A stretch of DNA of 62,625 nt, filler included, from Chiloscyllium plagiosum (lineage: Eukaryota), in assembly GCF_004010195.1 (NCBI RefSeq). It is 4 parts of one record of this genome, joined end to end, with 100 filler letters (N's around TTAATTAATTAA, not from the genome) between each part and the next. Parts side by side here need not be neighbours in the genome. Positions count along the whole stretch, not along the records: positions 38,247 to 54,941 come from NC_057713.1; positions 55,042 to 62,625 come from NC_057713.1; 2 more parts are not named here. One strand, 5' to 3'. Every line of letters begins with the position of its first letter. Within the stretch, counting starts at the first letter, position 1. Position numbers and translations under genes: made by a program. The notes under the pieces are model-generated. The model had not been told where the DNA came from. It did not search any database and saw only the letters and a program-made list of their open reading frames with translations. Below are positions 50,503 to 62,625 of the stretch, piece after piece.

Positions 50503-52429
50503 TTTTATCAATACAAATTTGCTGTAACGAGATTGATGAATTGGGAAAGCTGTTTCTAAAGTGCAAACTTTTAAAATGTCTGTTGGCTGTCATGTGATTA
50601 CAGCACCAGTACTTTAAAGCATGACTTTTCTATAACACAGCAGTTGCACAAGAACACAGCCATCAAAGAATAGAAGAACTGACTGTATTGTATTCACTTT
50701 CCTACAGCTCTTACTAATTTCTTTGTATTTTCCTTGCTACAAACTGTACTGTACTTTGTATTTGAAAAAATATTTATTTTAATTTTACACTGCCTCCTCT
50801 CATTGAGTGTAATTCCTTAAATTTTCAAAGTCTGCAGATTGACATGTGCCTCAACATAATTAATTGCAGATCAGAAGAAATCGGTATGAATTTTTTTTTA
50901 CTCTGTCCTGACATTTTTCTGATACTGTGCAATATCTGAAGTGTGGTGGGGAGCAAGCTGAATAACTGTGAAAAATGGAGTTTATTGTGGGGAAATGAGA
51001 AGTTACCCACTTCAGATCTCCAGAAAGAAAACTTGTGCAACATATAATTTGAATGAGCTAGTTTTAAAAAAAATTATTAGGACTTTTTAAATCACAATAT
51101 GAACTCATCATTGCATTTTAACTACTTTGGCATTAACTTAAATACAAGTGGAAGGCACCACTTTTCAAACTGACATTACGTTTTTTTCTACAAGATACAT
51201 ATTTTCACATATTATTATCCATTTTACAAGGTTTTTAATAAAAACAATATCATCTGCCACACAGACCAAATCATTTAACGATTTTATTTTATCGAATCAT
51301 TGGGTAGTGGTGTTGCTGACAAGGTTAGCACTTGCCGATCAATTATATTATCCATGCTGCTTCTCATTCACTCCTGGCCTCTCTTTGATGTTGCATAGTT
51401 GCACAGCAGATGTGTTGTAAATGCATTAAACGTTTAGACTGCAACATATAACTGTAGGTGCACCAATGTTGCCTTCAGTAGAGAATTCTGGCCCGTTATA
51501 CAGAGAAGCTTTGATAATAAGTAAGTCTGTGTAGAGACACATGTTCAGTACAGTTGATTAAACAGTTGTCATAACACCTGCAAGTATATTGTTCAAAGAC
51601 TGTCAAGTGTCAGTCGGAAGCATTTTGGTCCTGTACAGACTAAGCATTTTATTCACTAGCAATCTGCTGCTAATTGATGTTTTGCAAACCTTCAAATCTG
51701 CATGTCATGGTTGTTTATTCTTATCGCTGCAATTAGCTTGATGTAGCTATTCCCAAGTAACTGATGTAATTATTCTCAAGTACACTCTACTCCTGATTTA
51801 TTCAGAGGGAGTACAAATCAAGGGGTTCAATTTTTAAAAGAAATCCCTAACATAGCTCAAAATGAGCCAAGTGCTTTGTAGTAAATTATTTAATGCATGC
51901 AGTAGGATTGATTGTTGGCCTTAATACCATGGAGCTGGTACCCTGAAAGATTTACCCCAATCTAATTACAATTTTGTTCTTGTCTTCCTTTGTGCACTAC
52001 TTGAGCTCACCTTGTCCATCAGATCAACATTTTCCATGGACCCCATTTCTACAGTACAGTTTGCAAACCAATATCCCATTCTCTTAAACCCCAATGTTAG
52101 GTGATGTTATAAAGTGCACATTCCCTTTTCCCTCCTGACACCTCTTCCATTGTTTGCTCCGGAAGAAACTTTCTCTCAAGCCACTTATTGCGATACTTAT
52201 TGAATCCCAACTATCTCCCTTTGTCTCTCAATTTGGCATGACATTTCTGGAGCTGCGAGTTTGCTAATCACATCCTCTCCTCCGCTTTTGAGACCTTGGC
52301 TCCTTTTAAACCTATTGCTTCACCTCACCCTAGACATTGTCTTGGTATACTACCCTCCCCAATTCATTTAAGTCAGAGGGATGCATATTTGAATGTTTAT
52401 GGCAGAAAACTGGTTTGTCTATCCTTCAC

Positions 52430-53075
52430 AATGTCTGGCTGGAAGACATAAAGCATTATTAGACACTGTCCTTCATTGCCAAATCTCTTTACTATTCAAA
52501 AATCATCTTAAATGCAAAATGTTTTGCATCACAGACCAGTTTAAGAAATGATGCTCCCAAGCTTACTTCACTCTCATCATCAACAACAAGTACGAGAAGA
52601 ACATGGACTTGTGTCATCATGATTAAAACCATCCATTCAGCTGGCTTCTTCATCTATCTCACTGTGATCAGCTTCATTCAGTGTTCATCACATCTCTAGC
52701 TCTGAACTCAAACTTTCCTCTGGATTCTTTCCCATCTCCTATCTTAGCTTTCCCCAGCTCCAGGGCACCTACCTTCTGCTTCCTCAATCTTACAGTGATC
52801 AAATTATTAACCACCAAATGTCTCATCCAGGGTTGATTGTTAGCTGATATTGTTAATTCTGCCCTTTCTCCACATACTGTCTCCCTCACTGACAAAACAT
52901 CCATTACTAAGTCACTCCTCAAAATGTTCACCCATGATCCAATCCCCCCATCCTCACCCCAATTCCAACTTGTGTTTCCTCTGCTATGTTCTTGAATATG
53001 TTTTCATCTCCCAAACCTCTATACTCTTTCCTGCAATTCCGTTCTTCCTCCAATCAGATTTCTGCCACCTTTACA
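52430..53075 (+). mobile_element. Old L2 LINE RT fragment
   Basis: About 52843-53000 reads ADIVNSALS..TV....KTSITKSLLK......PNSNLCFLCYVLE, matching the L2 pattern 'IVNxSL..G.VP..FK.A.ITPLLKK...RPISNLPFLSKVLE'. Confidence 0.6.
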
Positions 53076-53550
53076 TTGCTGAAACACTAAAGTAAGGGAG
53101 ACAGAAACAATAAACTATAATTTTACAGAAGTTATTTTGGAAAATGTATGAATCTATAATAAAGGATGTAATAGCAGGGCATTTAGATATACACAATATA
53201 ATCACACAATGAAAATATGGCTTCATAAAAGGGAAATCATGCCTGACAAATGTATTACTATTCATAGAGGAGGTGACAATCAAGAATAGATAAAAGAGAA
53301 GCAGTGGATGTAATATGTTTGGGATTTCAGACAATGTTTGATAAGAGCACATGGTGTTGGGTGTAGTATATCAACATGGATAGAGGATTGGCTAACTAAT
53401 AGAAAACAGAGTCAAGAAAAGCATGGGTGGAGGTAGTGGGATAATAGACAGTTTAAAACTTTAGGCAAAATGTGACAGCTAGAATAGAATGTGGGAAAAT
53501 ATGAGGTTTTGGAAGAATGGATGAGCTATATATTATTTTAATGGGGAAAG

Positions 53551-53853
53551 ACGGTGGCACAGTGGTTAGCACTGTTGCCTCACAGCGCCAGAGACCTGGG
53601 TTCAATTCCCGCCTCAGGCGACTGACTGTGTGGAGTTTGCACGTTCTCCCCGTGTCTGCGTGGGTTTCCTCTGGGTGCTCCGGTTTCCTCCCACAATCCA
53701 AAGATGTGCAGGTTAGGTGAATTGGCCATGCTAAATTTCCCGTAGTGTGAGGTAGGGGTAAATGTAGGGGTATGGGTGGGTTGCGCTTCGGCGGGTCGGT
53801 GTGGACTTGTTGGGCCGAAGGGCCTGTTTCCACATTGTAATGTAATCTAATCT
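53551..53853 (+). mobile_element. Young HE1 SINE inserted in a degraded CR1 (about 53085-54545)
   Basis: A box tggcacagtgg, B box ggttcaattcc, V-domain, taatc repeat tail. Confidence 0.95.
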
Positions 53854-54729
53854 AAAGCTGCAGCCTCCATGCATGAATCGCAATGGAAGGCAAATTACTG
53901 TTCACCTTTATTTCAGATGGGATGGAGTTTAAAACCAAGGTAATCGAGCTCAAACTATACAAGGCACTAATCAGACCACCCTTCAATACTGTGAATAGCT
54001 TTGGTCCCCTTACCTGAAGAAAAATACACTGACATTGGAGGCTGTCAAGAGAAGATTCACTAGGCTGGAAGCTGAGTAGATTGGGTTTGCTTTCATTGGC
54101 ATGTAGAGAAATGAGAGGCAACCTAATGGAGATAGATAAGATTATCTGGGAGCTTGGCAGGTAGATGCAAAGAGTTTGTCTCCTCCCTTGGCAAAATCTA
54201 GGACCGGGGCAGGCTTTTGCCCGAAACATCAATGCTGCCTGACTTGCTGTCTTTTCCAGCACCACTCTAGTCTAGACTCTGATTTCCAGCATCTGCATTC
54301 CTCACTTTTGCCCAGCACAATCTCAGTGTATAAGGCAGAGATGATGTGGATTTGATTTGAAGGGGAGTCAATCTGCAGAATACTTTACTGCAGGGAGCTG
54401 TAAAAGTTGGTTGGTAAGTATATTCAGTGTTGAGAGAGAGATTTTTGATCAGTAAGAGAGTCGAGGTTTGTGGGAAAGGTAGGAAAGTGGAGTTGAGGAT
54501 TGTTAGAGCAACCATGATCTCATTGAATGATGGAGCAGACTCAATGCAAACATTAGCTTAATTTTGGTTTAATTTTTTTTGTTGTTAAATTCACAAATGA
54601 TATTTGTTAGTTTGTGGAAAGTTGTTTGTTTTGTAGTATTTTTTAAAGAAAAGCTTTCTAGTTGTTCCTTGTAGCCTATCCTTCCAGGTTAATTTTTGGA
54701 GCTGTCTCAAAATCCTGTGAGCAGATTTA

Positions 54730-54941
54730 TAGAACATAGAAGAATACAGCGCAGTACAGGCCCTTCGGCCCTCGATGTTGCGCCGATCCAAGCCCACCTA
54801 ACCTACACTAGCCCACTATCCTCCATATGCCTATCCAATGCCCGCTTAAATGCCCATAATGAGGGAGAGTCCACCACTGCTACTGGCAGGGCATTCCATG
54901 AACTCACGACTCGCTGAGTAAAGAACCTACCCCTAACATCT
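54730..54941 (-). mobile_element. Young CR1 3' end running into the gap
   Basis: atagaacatagaa tail in reverse; CpG-rich; same subfamily type as 60645-61770 and 62393-62625. Confidence 0.88.
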
Positions 54942-55041
54942 NNNNNNNNNNNNNNNNNNNNNNNNNNNNNNNNNNNNNNNNNNNNTTAATTAATTAANNN
55001 NNNNNNNNNNNNNNNNNNNNNNNNNNNNNNNNNNNNNNNNN
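54942..55041. other. Assembly gap linker
   Basis: 44 N + TTAATTAATTAA + 44 N. Confidence 0.98.
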
Positions 55042-55315
55042 AGGGTGAGAGGGGAAAGATATAAAAGAGACCTAAGGGGCAACTTTTTCACGCAGAGGGT
55101 TGTATGTGTATGGGATGAGCTGCCAGAGGATGTGGTGGAGGCTGGTACAATTGCAACATTTAAGAGGCATTTGGATGGGTATATGAATAGGAAGGGTTTG
55201 GAGGGATATGGGCCGGGTGCTGGCAGGTGGGACTAGATTGGGTTGGGATATCTGGTCGGCATGGACGGGTTGGACCGAAAGGTCTGATTCCACGCTGTAC
55301 ATCTCTATGACTCTA
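55042..55315 (+). mobile_element. CR1 3' end
   Basis: ORF 55045-55236 is nearly identical to 50232-50423; tail ctctatgactcta. Confidence 0.93.
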
Positions 55316-55316
55316 A

Positions 55317-55866
55317 GACGCTAACTTGCGGAGCATTTCAGGGAACGTCTCATGGACTTAGGCACCACACTGCCCTGTGGCTGACCACTTCAACTTCCCC
55401 TCCCACTCCACCAAGGATATACTAGTTCTGGGTTGCCTCCACCTCCAACTCCTTGCCACCAGATACCTGGAGGAAGAATGCCTCATCTTCTGCCTTCTGA
55501 CTCTCCAACCACACAGCATCAATGTCGATTTCATCTGTTTCCAAATTCCCCTGCCCCCCCACCTCATCCCAGATCCAACCCTCTAACTTGGCACCTCCCT
55601 CTTGACTTGTCCAACATATCCATCTTCCTTCCCTCATATCCACTCCAACCGCCCCACTGACCTATCACAATCACCCTCCACTGCATCTACCTTCCCCCAG
55701 CCTCATCCCCGCCCTCCTATTTATCTCTCAGCCACCTTCCCCACCATCCCCCCTGCACCTCGCCCAACATTCCTGATGAAGGGCTTATGCCCGAAACCTT
55801 GACTCTCCTGCTCTTCAGATGCTGCCTGACCTGCTAAGCTTTTCCAGTGCCACACTTTTCGACTCT
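55317..55866 (+). mobile_element. PLE family A 3' end: GIY-YIG C-terminus, 3' region and hammerhead-bearing terminus
   Basis: ORF 55377-55586 (PVADHFNFPSHSTKDILVLG...RYLEEECLIFCLLTLQPHSINVDF) has the PLE endonuclease C-terminal signature and is contiguous with the family A terminal arm. Confidence 0.92.
55769..55803 (+). ncRNA. Minimal hammerhead motif in native PLE context (helix III/triplet mutated)
   Basis: attc-CTGATGA-A-GGGC-ttat-GCCC-GAAA-C-CTT-ga. Confidence 0.65.
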
Positions 55867-55869
55867 TTG

Positions 55870-57430
55870 CACTTCAGACTCTGGATTTTCTCCCCATTTA
55901 TAAAATAGTCCATGCCTCTATTCTTCCTACCAAAGTGCATGACCTCACTCTTTCCCACTTTTCTATCTGCCACTTCTTTGTCCTAACCTGTCCAAATCTT
56001 TCTGCAGCCTCCCCACCTCCTCAATGCTACCTGTCTCTCGACCTATCTTTGTAGGTCAGTTCCTTCATCGAGATTGTTAATGTATAAAGTGAGAAGTTGT
56101 GGTCCCAGTACTGAGCCTTGCAGAACACTACTGGTCACCGGCTGTGATCCTGAGAAGGACTCTTTTATCCCCACTCTCTGCTCTCTGTCAGACAGCCAGG
56201 CTTCTGTCCATGCTAGCACCTTGCCTCTAACACCATGGGCCATTATCTTACTCAGCAGCCTCCTGTGCGGCAACTTGTCAAAGACCTTCTTGAAGTCCAG
56301 ATAGATCTCCTTGGTCTTTCTGTTCGTTAATTCATCAAAAAACTCCAGCAGATTTGTCAGTGTGAGAAACAAAGCTCACTGTTCAATAATTTCAGTCTGA
56401 GTCAAATTCTGAAGCAGTCTTTATTCATACTATCATGCAAGCCCGGTGACCATAAGGTAGGCACCCCAATCAGGAAGTTAGATTACAATAATACAGTTCA
56501 GTTGAGTCTCTTGGTACTCCACCTTTTACTTCATATCTGAGAGTTGTATTGCTCTGTGCAGTTGCTAATCTTATCGACTTACCACATCTGTCTGGTGGCC
56601 TGTTGTTTGTGTGCAACCCCCCCCCCACCTTGATAGCTGGGTCTTATTACTTTTGCTGATGCAACACTGGGTCTTATTTGATTATCTTGTTCATACTAAC
56701 TCCCTATGTGTGTGACAATTGCAACTGTCATGTCAATACATCTGTTTCTACCAGTCGACCACCTCCCTTTTCGGTTAGTTATTTCTTGGTATATATTCTC
56801 ATGATTCCGCCTTGCGATTTTTGCAGAAGCAAGATACAGTTACTTGTAACTGTTTGTGCAAGCATATCTAGCTTAACATGGTAAAAACAATGACTGCAGA
56901 TACTGGAAACCAGATTCTGGAACATACAACCCACCCCCCTGAATCAGCCTTGTGATTTTCGCAGAAACAACAACCTTTGCAAGGGCCTCTCACATCAGGC
57001 ATGACCTCCCCTTGATGAAACTATGCTGACTTTGCCCCATTTTACTATACACTTCCAAGTATTCACAATGAATTCCAGGATCTTACCCACAACTGAGGTT
57101 AGGCTAATTGATCTGTAATATTTTGTCTTTTGCATTACTCTCTTTTTAAGTAGGGGTGTCATGTTAGCGATTTTCCAGTCCTCTGGGACCCTTCCTGACT
57201 CTAGTGATTCCTGAAAGATCACCACTAATTCCTCCACTATCTCTTCAGCTACCTCACTTAGAACTCTGGCATCTTCCCCTTGGTGATGGCCACCATGTTC
57301 AGCCCTGGTCCTTCATTCTCTTGAATGTTTGGGATATTACTCGTGTCTTTCACCATGAAGACTGATGCAAAGTAACTATTTAGTTCCTCAACCATTTCCT
57401 TGTTCCCCACTACTACCTCTCCATCATCAT
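55870..57430 (-). mobile_element. CR1 LINE RT fragment interrupted by an ERV solo LTR
   Basis: ORFs 56043-56372 (LTNLLEFFDE..YLDFKKVFDKLPH..QGSVLGPQL) and 56995-57237 (IFQESLESGRVPEDWKIAN). Confidence 0.9.
56361..56994 (-). mobile_element. Solo LTR of a class I ERV related to the LTR at 28930
   Basis: TGTGAGA...TCTCACA ends; 4-bp TSD TCAG (56357-56360, 56995-56998); minus-strand AATAAA at about 56420; U5 similar to 29240-29285. Confidence 0.85.
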
Positions 57431-57840
57431 TTAATAGTTGAGCATATGGAAAACAGTGACAGCATTAGAAAAGTCAACATGAATTTGCAAATCTGGAATT
57501 ATTCAGGGATGTGAGTAGAGGAGTTGACCAGAGGGAGCCAGTAGGGACAGTTTTAAAAAGAAAGACATTCATTTCAAATGAGGATGAGATTTTTTTTCCT
57601 CTCTATTTACAAGTGCAATGAGTGAAAATCATTGAACCATTTCTAAGGCTGAGGTTAGATTCATCACAAACAAGGAAATGCCAAGTTTTGTGTCACCTGT
57701 TATTTGGAATTTTTTCCCTTCCACACCAGGATTCTTCTCAACTCCAGTGAATGCAATCCTAAACAATCCAGTCTCTCTTTGTATGTCAGTCTCACCATCC
57801 CAGGAATCAGTCTGGTTAATGTATGCTACACTCTCTCAAT

Positions 57841-59933
57841 AAACAAAACATTTGATATGTGGGAGGCTTTCAAAGATAGTTTGAAGATAGTGCAGGATAG
57901 GCATGTCCCGTTAAAAACAAGGGATAGGAAAGGCAAGATTCGTGAACTGTGGATGACAGGTGAAATCGTGCGACTAGCCAAGAAGAAAATGGGAGCGTAC
58001 ATAAGGTCCAGGCAGCTAAGAACAGAACGGGCCCTGGAGGAATATTGGGAGAGTAGGACTAATCTTAAACAAGGAATCAAGTGGGCTAAAAGGGGTCATG
58101 AAATAACTTTAGTGAGCAGAATCAAGGAGTATCCCAAGGTCTTTTAATCTTATATAAAAAGCAAGAGGCTAACCAGAGAAAGGCTTGGTCCACTAAAGGA
58201 TAAGGAAGGGAGGTTGTGTGTTGAACTTGAGAAAATGGGTAAGATTCTCAATGATTACTTTGCATCAGTGCTCACTGAGGAATGGGAGGTGATGAATGCT
58301 GAGATTAGAGATAGAAGTTTGTTTACTCTGGATCACATTGACAGAAGGAGGGAAACTTTTTGTGTTGGGTAGACAAAAGGATATTAAGGTGGACAAATCC
58401 CCAGAACCAGGTTGCTGAGGGAGGTGAGAGAGGAAATAGCTGGGCCCTGACAGATATCTTTGTAGTATCCTTAAACACAGGTGAGGTGCCGGAGGACTGG
58501 AGGATTGCTAATGTTGTCCCCCTGTACAAGAAGGGTAGTAAGGATATTCTAGGTAACTACAGACCAGTGAGCATGATGTCAGTGGTGGAAAGTTGCTGGA
58601 GAAGGTACTGAGGGATAAAATCTATTTATATTTGAAAAAGAATGGGCTTATCAGTGATAGGCAAATGGTTTTGTGTGGGGTAGATTATGCCTTATCAACT
58701 TAATAGAGTTCTTTGAGGAAGTGACCAAGTTGATAGGTGAAGGAAGGGCTGTAGATGTCATATACATGGACTTTAGTAAGGCGTTTGATAAGGTTCCCCA
58801 TGGGAAACTAAAGGAGAAAGTGAAGTCATATGGTGTGCAGGGTGTTCTAGCTAGGTGGATAAAGAACTGGTTGAGCAACAGGAGACAGAGAGTAGTAGTT
58901 GAAGGGAGTTTCTCAAAATGGAGAAAGGTGACCAGTGGTGTTCCACAGGGGTCAGCGTTGGGGCCACTATTGTTTGTAATATACATAAACGATCTGGAAG
59001 AGGGCATTGTTGGTCTGATCAGTAAGTTTGCAGACGACACAAAGATTGGTGGAGTAGCAGGAAGCATAGGGAACTGTCAAAGAATACAGGAGGGTATAGA
59101 TAGACTGGAGAGTTGGGCGGAGAAGTGGCAGATGGAGTTCAATCCAGGCAAATGTAAGGTGATGTATTTTCGTAAGTCTAATTCTCGAGTGAACTACACT
59201 GTAAACAGAAGAGCCTTGGGAAAAGCTGATGAGCACAAAGATCTGGGAGTTCAGGTCCATTGTACCCTGAAGGTGGCTGCACAGGTGGATTGAGTGGTCA
59301 AGAGGCATATGGTATACTTGCCTTCATCAGACGGGGTATTGAGTATAAGAGCTGGCAGGTCATGTTAAAATTGTACAAAACTTTGGTTTGGCTGCATTTA
59401 GAGTACAGTGTACAGTTCTGGTTGCCACATTACCAAAAGGATGTGGATGCTTTGGAGAGAGTGCAGAGAAGGATTAAGGGGATGTTGCCTGGTATGGAAG
59501 GTGGTTGAGTAGGATAGGTTTATTTTCATTAGAAAAAAGGATTTTGAGGGGGACCTGATTGAGGTTTACAAAATCATGAAGGGTATAGACAGGGTAGAGA
59601 GAGATAAGCTTTTTCCCAGGGTGAGGGATTCAATAACGAGAGGTCATGTGTTCAAGGTGAGAGGTGAAAAGTTGAAGGGGGATATACATGGAAAGTACTT
59701 TACACAGAGGGTGGTGGGTGTCTGGAACGCGTTGCCAGCAGAGATAGTAGAGGCAGGCACGGTAGATTTATTTAAGGTGCATCTGGACAGATGCATGAGT
59801 AGGTGGGGAGCAGAGGGATACAGATGTTTAGGAATTGGGTGACAGGTTTAAACAGTATATTTGGATCAGCTCAGGTTTGGAGGGCCAAATGGTCTGTTCC
59901 TGAGCTGTAAATTTTCTTTGTTCTTTGTTCTTT
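57841..59933 (+). pseudogene. CR1 LINE ORF2 (RT domain largely open) with 3' tail
   Basis: ORF 58673-59293 contains YMDFSKAFDKVPH, GVPQGSALGPLLFVIYINDL and SKFADDTK; frameshifts on both sides; ttctttg repeat tail. Confidence 0.95.
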
Positions 59934-59934
59934 A

Positions 59935-60625
59935 CCCTTGACAGATAAAGGATTCCAGAACTGCACACAATATCCCAAGTGTGATCTTACCTAGACCCTG
60001 TATAATTGCATCTCTACTCCCCTACTTGAAGATGAAGGCCAATTTGTCTCCTTCACTGCCTCAGAGACTGGTGTACAAGGACACCCAGCTATTGCAATAC
60101 CTCTCCCTTTCTTAGTCTACACCATTCAGATAACAATCTGCTTTCCTGTTTCGTTATCAAAATGGATAACCTCACATTTATCTACATTACACTTCTTCTG
60201 CCATGCATTCCCACCACTCCCCCATCAACTTGTCCAAATCACACTGAAACAGCTCTGCATTTTCATCGCAGCTCATTCGCCCACTCAGCTTTGTGTTATC
60301 TGCAAATTTGGAGATAATACATTGAGTTTCCTCATCTAAATGGTTACTATATACTGTGAATAGCTGGAATCGCAGCACTGATCCCTGTGGTACACTACTA
60401 GTCACTTCCTGCCATAGGAAAAAGACCTGTTTATTCCTACTCTTTGTCTCCTGTCTGCCAAAAAGATTTCTATTCATCTCAAAACACTATCCCCAATCCT
60501 ATGTGCTTTAACTTTAATCGTTTATGAGGGTCTTTGTTGAAAGCTTTCTGAATGTCCAAATAAACCATACACACTCACACCCCTGATCACCTCTACTAGT
60601 CACATCCCTGAAGAATTCCAGCATA
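59935..60625 (-). mobile_element. CR1 RT fragment
   Basis: ORF 60187-60477 (VTSSVPQGSVL...SKFADNTKL). Confidence 0.85.
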
Positions 60626-60644
60626 TTTGTTAAGTATGATTTCT

Positions 60645-61770
60645 GTTATGATTTCACATGGTGGGCTGTTGGAGAAAATGCAGAGGCATGGGATTGAGGG
60701 TGATTTAGCAGTTTGGATTAGAAACTGGCTTTCTGAAAGAAGGCAGCGAGTGGTGGTTAATGGAAAATATTCAGCTTGGAGTCTGGTTACTAGTGGTGTG
60801 CCACAAGGATCTGTTTCAAGATCACTGCTGTTTGTCATTTTTATAAATGACTTGGATGCAGACAGAGGTGGATGGGTTAGTAAATTTACAGATGACACTA
60901 AGTCTGAGGAGTAGTGGACAGTATGGAAGAATGTTACAGGTTGCAGGGGGACTTAGATAAACTGCAGAATTGGGCTGAGAGGTGGCAGATGGAGTTCAAT
61001 GCAGCTAAATGTGAGGTGATGCACTTTGGGAAGAATAACAGGAAGACAGAGTACTGGGTCAATGGAAAGATTCTTGGTAGTGTGGATGTGCAGAGGGATC
61101 TTGGAGTCCATGTACATAGATCCCTGAAAGTTGCCACCCAGGTGGTTAGTGCTGTTAAGAAGGCATAAGGTGCGTTAGGTTTCGTTGGTAGAGGGATTGA
61201 GTTCCAGAGCCGTAATGTCATGCTGCAACTATACAAAACGCTGGTGGGGCCACACTTGGAATATTGTGTACAGTTCTGGTCGCCGCATTACAGCATTGGA
61301 AAAGGTGCAGAGGAGATTTACCAGGATGTTGCCTGGTCTGGAGGGAAGGTCTTATGAGAACAGGCTGAGAGACTTCGGTCTGTTCTCATTGGAAAGAAGA
61401 AGGCTAAGAGGGGATTTGATAGAGACATACAAGATGATCAGAGGATTAGATAGGGAAGACAGTGAAAGTATTTTTCCTAGTATGATGACGTCAGTTTGTA
61501 CGAGGGGGCATAAATATAAATTGAGGGGTGATAGATTTAAGACAGATGTCAGAGGCAGATTCTTTACTCAGAGAGTGGTAAGGGTGTGGAATGCCCTGCC
61601 TGCCAATGTAGTTAACTCAGCCACATTAGGGAGATTTAAACAATCCTTGGATAAGCACATGGATGATGATGGGATGGTGTAGGGGGATAAGCTCAGATTA
61701 GTTCACAGGTCGGCGCAACATCGAGGGCCAAAGGACCTGTTCTACGCTGTATTGTTCTATGTTTTATGTT
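60645..61770 (+). mobile_element. CR1 LINE, RT to 3' tail
   Basis: ORFs 60627-60914, 60914-61168 and 61185-61682 are consecutive CR1 ORF2 pieces; ttctatg-type tail. Confidence 0.95.
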
Positions 61771-61936
61771 TTATAAATTCATGCTGACTCTGTCCAATCC
61801 GAGCACTGGCTTCCAAATGCTCAGCTATTAAATCTTTTTTAATAGACTCTGAAATTTAATTCACTAAGGATCTGTGGCTGACTGTTTTTCTCTCTACCTT
61901 CTCTCACCTCTGTGCTGTCATTAAATGGGTTGCCTT

Positions 61937-62037
61937 CAGCATTCCTGATGAAGAGCCTATGCTTGAAACATTGACTCTCCTGCTTCTCGGATGCTGTTTG
62001 ACCAGCTGTGTTTTTCCAGTGCCACACTTTTAGACAC
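61937..62037 (+). mobile_element. PLE family A arm with hammerhead core
   Basis: 61945-61972: CTGATGA-A-GAGC-ctat-GCTT-GAAA-C-ATT. Confidence 0.85.
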
Positions 62038-62189
62038 TGCTTCCATCTATCCACTTACATCTTGTCAACTCGCACCCCTCCATCCAACCCTGTCATCGCC
62101 AGAAATACCACCTTTTCCTCATTGCTATCAGTTTTCAAGAAGGGTCCCTGGGCTCGAAATATTTTTTCTGTTTTCTGTTTTCTCTCTCC

Positions 62190-62332
62190 ACAAAGTCAGA
62201 AGTCACATGACACCAGGTGGTAGTCCAGCAGGTTCACTTCACTTAATGAAGGAGCAGCGATCCTAAACCTTGTGATTTCACAGAAACCTGTTGGACCTTG
62301 TCCAATCCCAATCCAACACCAGCACCTCTACA
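62190..62332. mobile_element. PLE family C terminal fold-back, degenerate
   Basis: Homologous to 5725-5850 in both orientations; decayed core cac-TTAATGA-a-ggagc-agc-gatcc-TAAA-c-ctt-gtg. Confidence 0.65.
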
Positions 62333-62392
62333 GTATCTCTCTCCCCAGATGCTGTTGAGTTTCTCCAGCAATTTCTGGTTTTGTGTTTTTCA

Positions 62393-62625
62393 GATAGAAC
62401 ATAGAACATAGAACAGAGAACAATACAGCACAGAACAGGCCCTTCGGCCCACGATGTTGTGCCGAACATTTGTCCTAGCTTAAGCACCTATCCATGTACC
62501 TATCCAATTGCCGCTTAAAGGTCACCAATGATTCTGACTCTGCCACTCCCACAGGCAGTGCATTCCATGCCCCCACCACTCTCTGGGTAAAGAACCTACC
62601 CCTGACATCCCCCCCATACCTTCCA
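62393..62625 (-). mobile_element. Young CR1 3' end
   Basis: atagaac repeat tail in reverse followed by CR1 3' UTR and C-terminus; runs off the window. Confidence 0.9.

Noticed and set aside
58651..59308. Long minus-strand ORFs (138 aa and 113 aa)
   Set aside because: Antisense shadows of the CR1 RT reading frame.

Overview
Repeat-dense vertebrate intronic DNA, almost certainly from a shark (HE1-type V-SINEs, CR1/HER1-type LINEs, a DeuSINE remnant). Three artificial 100-bp gap linkers (44N-TTAATTAATTAA-44N) split the window into four contigs. The only host coding sequence I can support is two plus-strand collagen exons (31552-31665, 34399-34452) resembling the CxxC/COL junction of COL22A1-type FACIT collagens, plus a possible 27-nt microexon. 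The most notable signals are: (1) many Penelope-like element (PLE) termini carrying minimal hammerhead ribozyme cores (CUGANGA-A-helix II-GAAA-C-GUC). They fall in three families with different but base-paired helix II sequences and often form TSD-flanked, back-to-back fold-backs, some surrounding a collagen exon. (2) A young class I endogenous retrovirus 5' LTR with a tRNA-Pro primer-binding site, and a related solo LTR. (3) An intact L1 5' end with a YY1-type motif and open ORF1. (4) A second LINE family that appears to start with a tRNA-like head and lack ORF1. Most ORFs in the six-frame track are repeat fragments or antisense artefacts. Family names come from recalled motifs, not database searches, and boundaries of old repeats are approximate.
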